Part shown: in pieces, positions 61,765-64,000 of the stretch
Layout: the number at the start of each line of letters is the position of its first letter
Position numbering within the stretch: the stretch's first letter is position 1
Source of the DNA: Pavona decussata
Lineage: Eukaryota
NCBI GenBank assembly: GCA_977016875.1
Contig: CDRNST010000289.1
Span: forward strand, 248,001 to 312,000
DNA length: 64,000 bases
Direction: 5' to 3'
Program-made: the position numbers and the translations under genes
Notes under the pieces: model-generated
The model's input: the letters and a program-made list of their open reading frames with translations, nothing else
What the model was told of the DNA's origin: nothing
Database searches by the model: none

Positions 61765-64000
61765 AGAAGGTGATATTTGTAAATATCAAATTAAAGCAGG
61801 GCCCGGATTGTGTAAAGGAAAGAGGAAAACTATTTTTTTTTTGTTCAGGATGAGTTTCGAAGTTACCCTAAAACACTTTCAAACTTTTGTTATATTCATC
61901 ATATTTTACTTTTCAATCGAAGCGTAGTGAATAAAAGTGAATGGTTATGAAGCCAGACAAATGTCTTTGTTATTTGATTTTGTTAAAATTTTTGGCCTTG
62001 ACCGTGCACAAACCACAGTTAAATTTGGAAATGTGTTGGAGCAACTGTTCAATAGAAACGTTCCTGTTTAGATATTCAGCTGTAGTGTAATCAAAGGATT
62101 GTGCTCGGTCGCGGCCCTTCCAGCATAAATTGTAGCACCATATCGTGCTTTGAAGATGGCAGGGTTGCATAACCAGTCGATAATTAAACTAAGAGTAAAG
62201 TCTCTGGCTTGAAATAGTCGCTCGCCTTTCCAGGCCGGGAGTTTCGAATTCTCTAGGAGAAACAGTAAATCGCAAAATACATAATGAAATAGTATGAGTA
62301 AGAACGCACTCAACCAAAACTCGAGCTTTCTAAATTCAGGTATATTATACTGACATTCATATTGGGGATTGACTTATAATACTTCAAGGAGAAGTTCTGA
62401 TGAGGACATGAATCTGTTTTGTATCAGAATGAAACCGACCCAATACATCTTATATTAATCCTCAATCTAATCAATTTTCAAACAGTGTTAAAACGTCTGT
62501 GGATTTCTTTAGTGAATTCTTCATAGGGGCCGTTTCATAAGCATGTAAATTGCTTCAAAGAACCATGTCTTGTGTATTGGAACGACTGTGTTTTAAATAC
62601 AGTTAATCAAGTTTTACGAAGTGTTTTCTTTTCCTGGGTTCAAATCATTTACAGTTTTAAAGTATCAATGTAAGACGCAAACAGCAGGCTGACGCTAACC
62701 GATGGGGTCTAAAAAAACCCCCGTAATTTAGGCCAAATATGCGTTCTTTGGGATTAGTCTACACCTACGAAATAAGACCCAAGACAGTTGTCTGAAATGT
62801 CAGCCGTCTCCTTCCCCCAGGAGACGGGTGACATTTCAGACTACAAGACAGTCTGAAAGTCAGCACTGTAAAGTACAGACTGAGAACTAAGTTTACCTCG
62901 GCCTATTGGGCCTATTAGGCCATCGCGTCCCTTTAACAGCGAGGCATCCAACGCGCTGACGAAATGTTGTTTGAAGACATGGGAAAAACTGAAGCCTAAC
63001 TATTTTAAATCATTAATCACAACTGTAACAAGATTCTGGAATCTGATCGGCTATCAGCAGCCATGATTTTAGCAATAATAGGACATTGTACGCGCCATGC
63101 CTGCTGTAATTGCACAGTATGTGTCATTTGTGCGCGCTGTAATTTAATCGATCTCGAAACTTAACTCAACTGTTGTCTTCTATTTATTCACCAAAACTGA
63201 AACTGTTGGCTAATATTTCTCAAATGTTGTTAGAGTTATGATTAATTGGTAATATGACTTCGCGTCGTCCAATTCTGTCTGTAATCATACTCGTGATTAA
63301 ACAAATCGGACTCCCGCGATTTTGTTAATCACTCGTATTGATTACAGACGGAATTGGACTCCACTCAGTCCTATAATGATATTTATTGTTAGGGAAGGGA
63401 ACTAATATTCCCACTACTAATAACATAACCGTTTGCCGTCCCGTCCTTGCTGGCTTTCAACTCTGTACCTTTTTTTCTGTTGAAATTTTACGTAATAGTG
63501 GGAGCTCTCTCATTTTATCGCACACAAGTAACAGCGCGGACCCCTCCCCCGTTTCTGTTCCAGTTTAAGTCCCATTTTTCGGTGGTCCAAACCACCTGGC
63601 ACCCATCCACTAATAAAGTAATTGTCCGGGGCGACCCTTCACCGTTTGTAACGTCTTTCATGGTTGGTGGAGAGGACCAAAGAGCGAACAACAGAACAAT
63701 GTTTGCAACCTTTAAAAAATGATGCAGCAGGTTATCAGGGTCCAGTGAAAATAAAACTTTCGAAGGGAACAGATCTGCTTTATTGTGCAGCAATGGGCCC
63801 TTTGAAGCTAAAGGTCACATGGTACGAAAGATTACTGGGACATCCAAAATAAAGCGAATTCGTCAAGTCAAATTTGAATTTTCTTTGTTTAGGATGTCCC
63901 AGTGCGTAGCTTGCTCTCCTGCAAGGTGTTTTTTGTACCATTTAACCGTTAGCTGCAAAGGGTCCATTTCATTTTAATAAGACATTCTTTACCTTGTAAG

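Overview
AT-rich, intron-containing animal DNA with two assembly gaps (34862-35117, 47683-48021). The repeat and gene content looks cnidarian, probably a stony coral (inference). The main feature is a multi-exon gene on the + strand (45440-61764) that I reconstructed by hand: 14 exons, all phases compatible, about 1519 aa once a single 1-nt frameshift at ~55027 is corrected. Its architecture is KH-KH, an uncharacterised ~330-aa domain with a triphosphate-tunnel (Cet1/CYTH)-like motif pattern, a Roc GTPase, a COR domain with a Cys/His cluster, a helical spacer, and a C-terminal death domain. This is a candidate RNA-sensing Roco immune receptor. A decayed paralogue with the same intron positions lies at 8733-21610. 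Between the two copies are two tandemly duplicated single-exon class A GPCR genes. The rest is nested transposons: a DIRS/Ngaro retroelement split by a TIR element, Crypton, Kolobok, PIF/Harbinger, Academ, MULE-like, hAT, P-like, Penelope and LINE fragments, SINEs and satellites. All calls are from reading the sequence; no searches were run.
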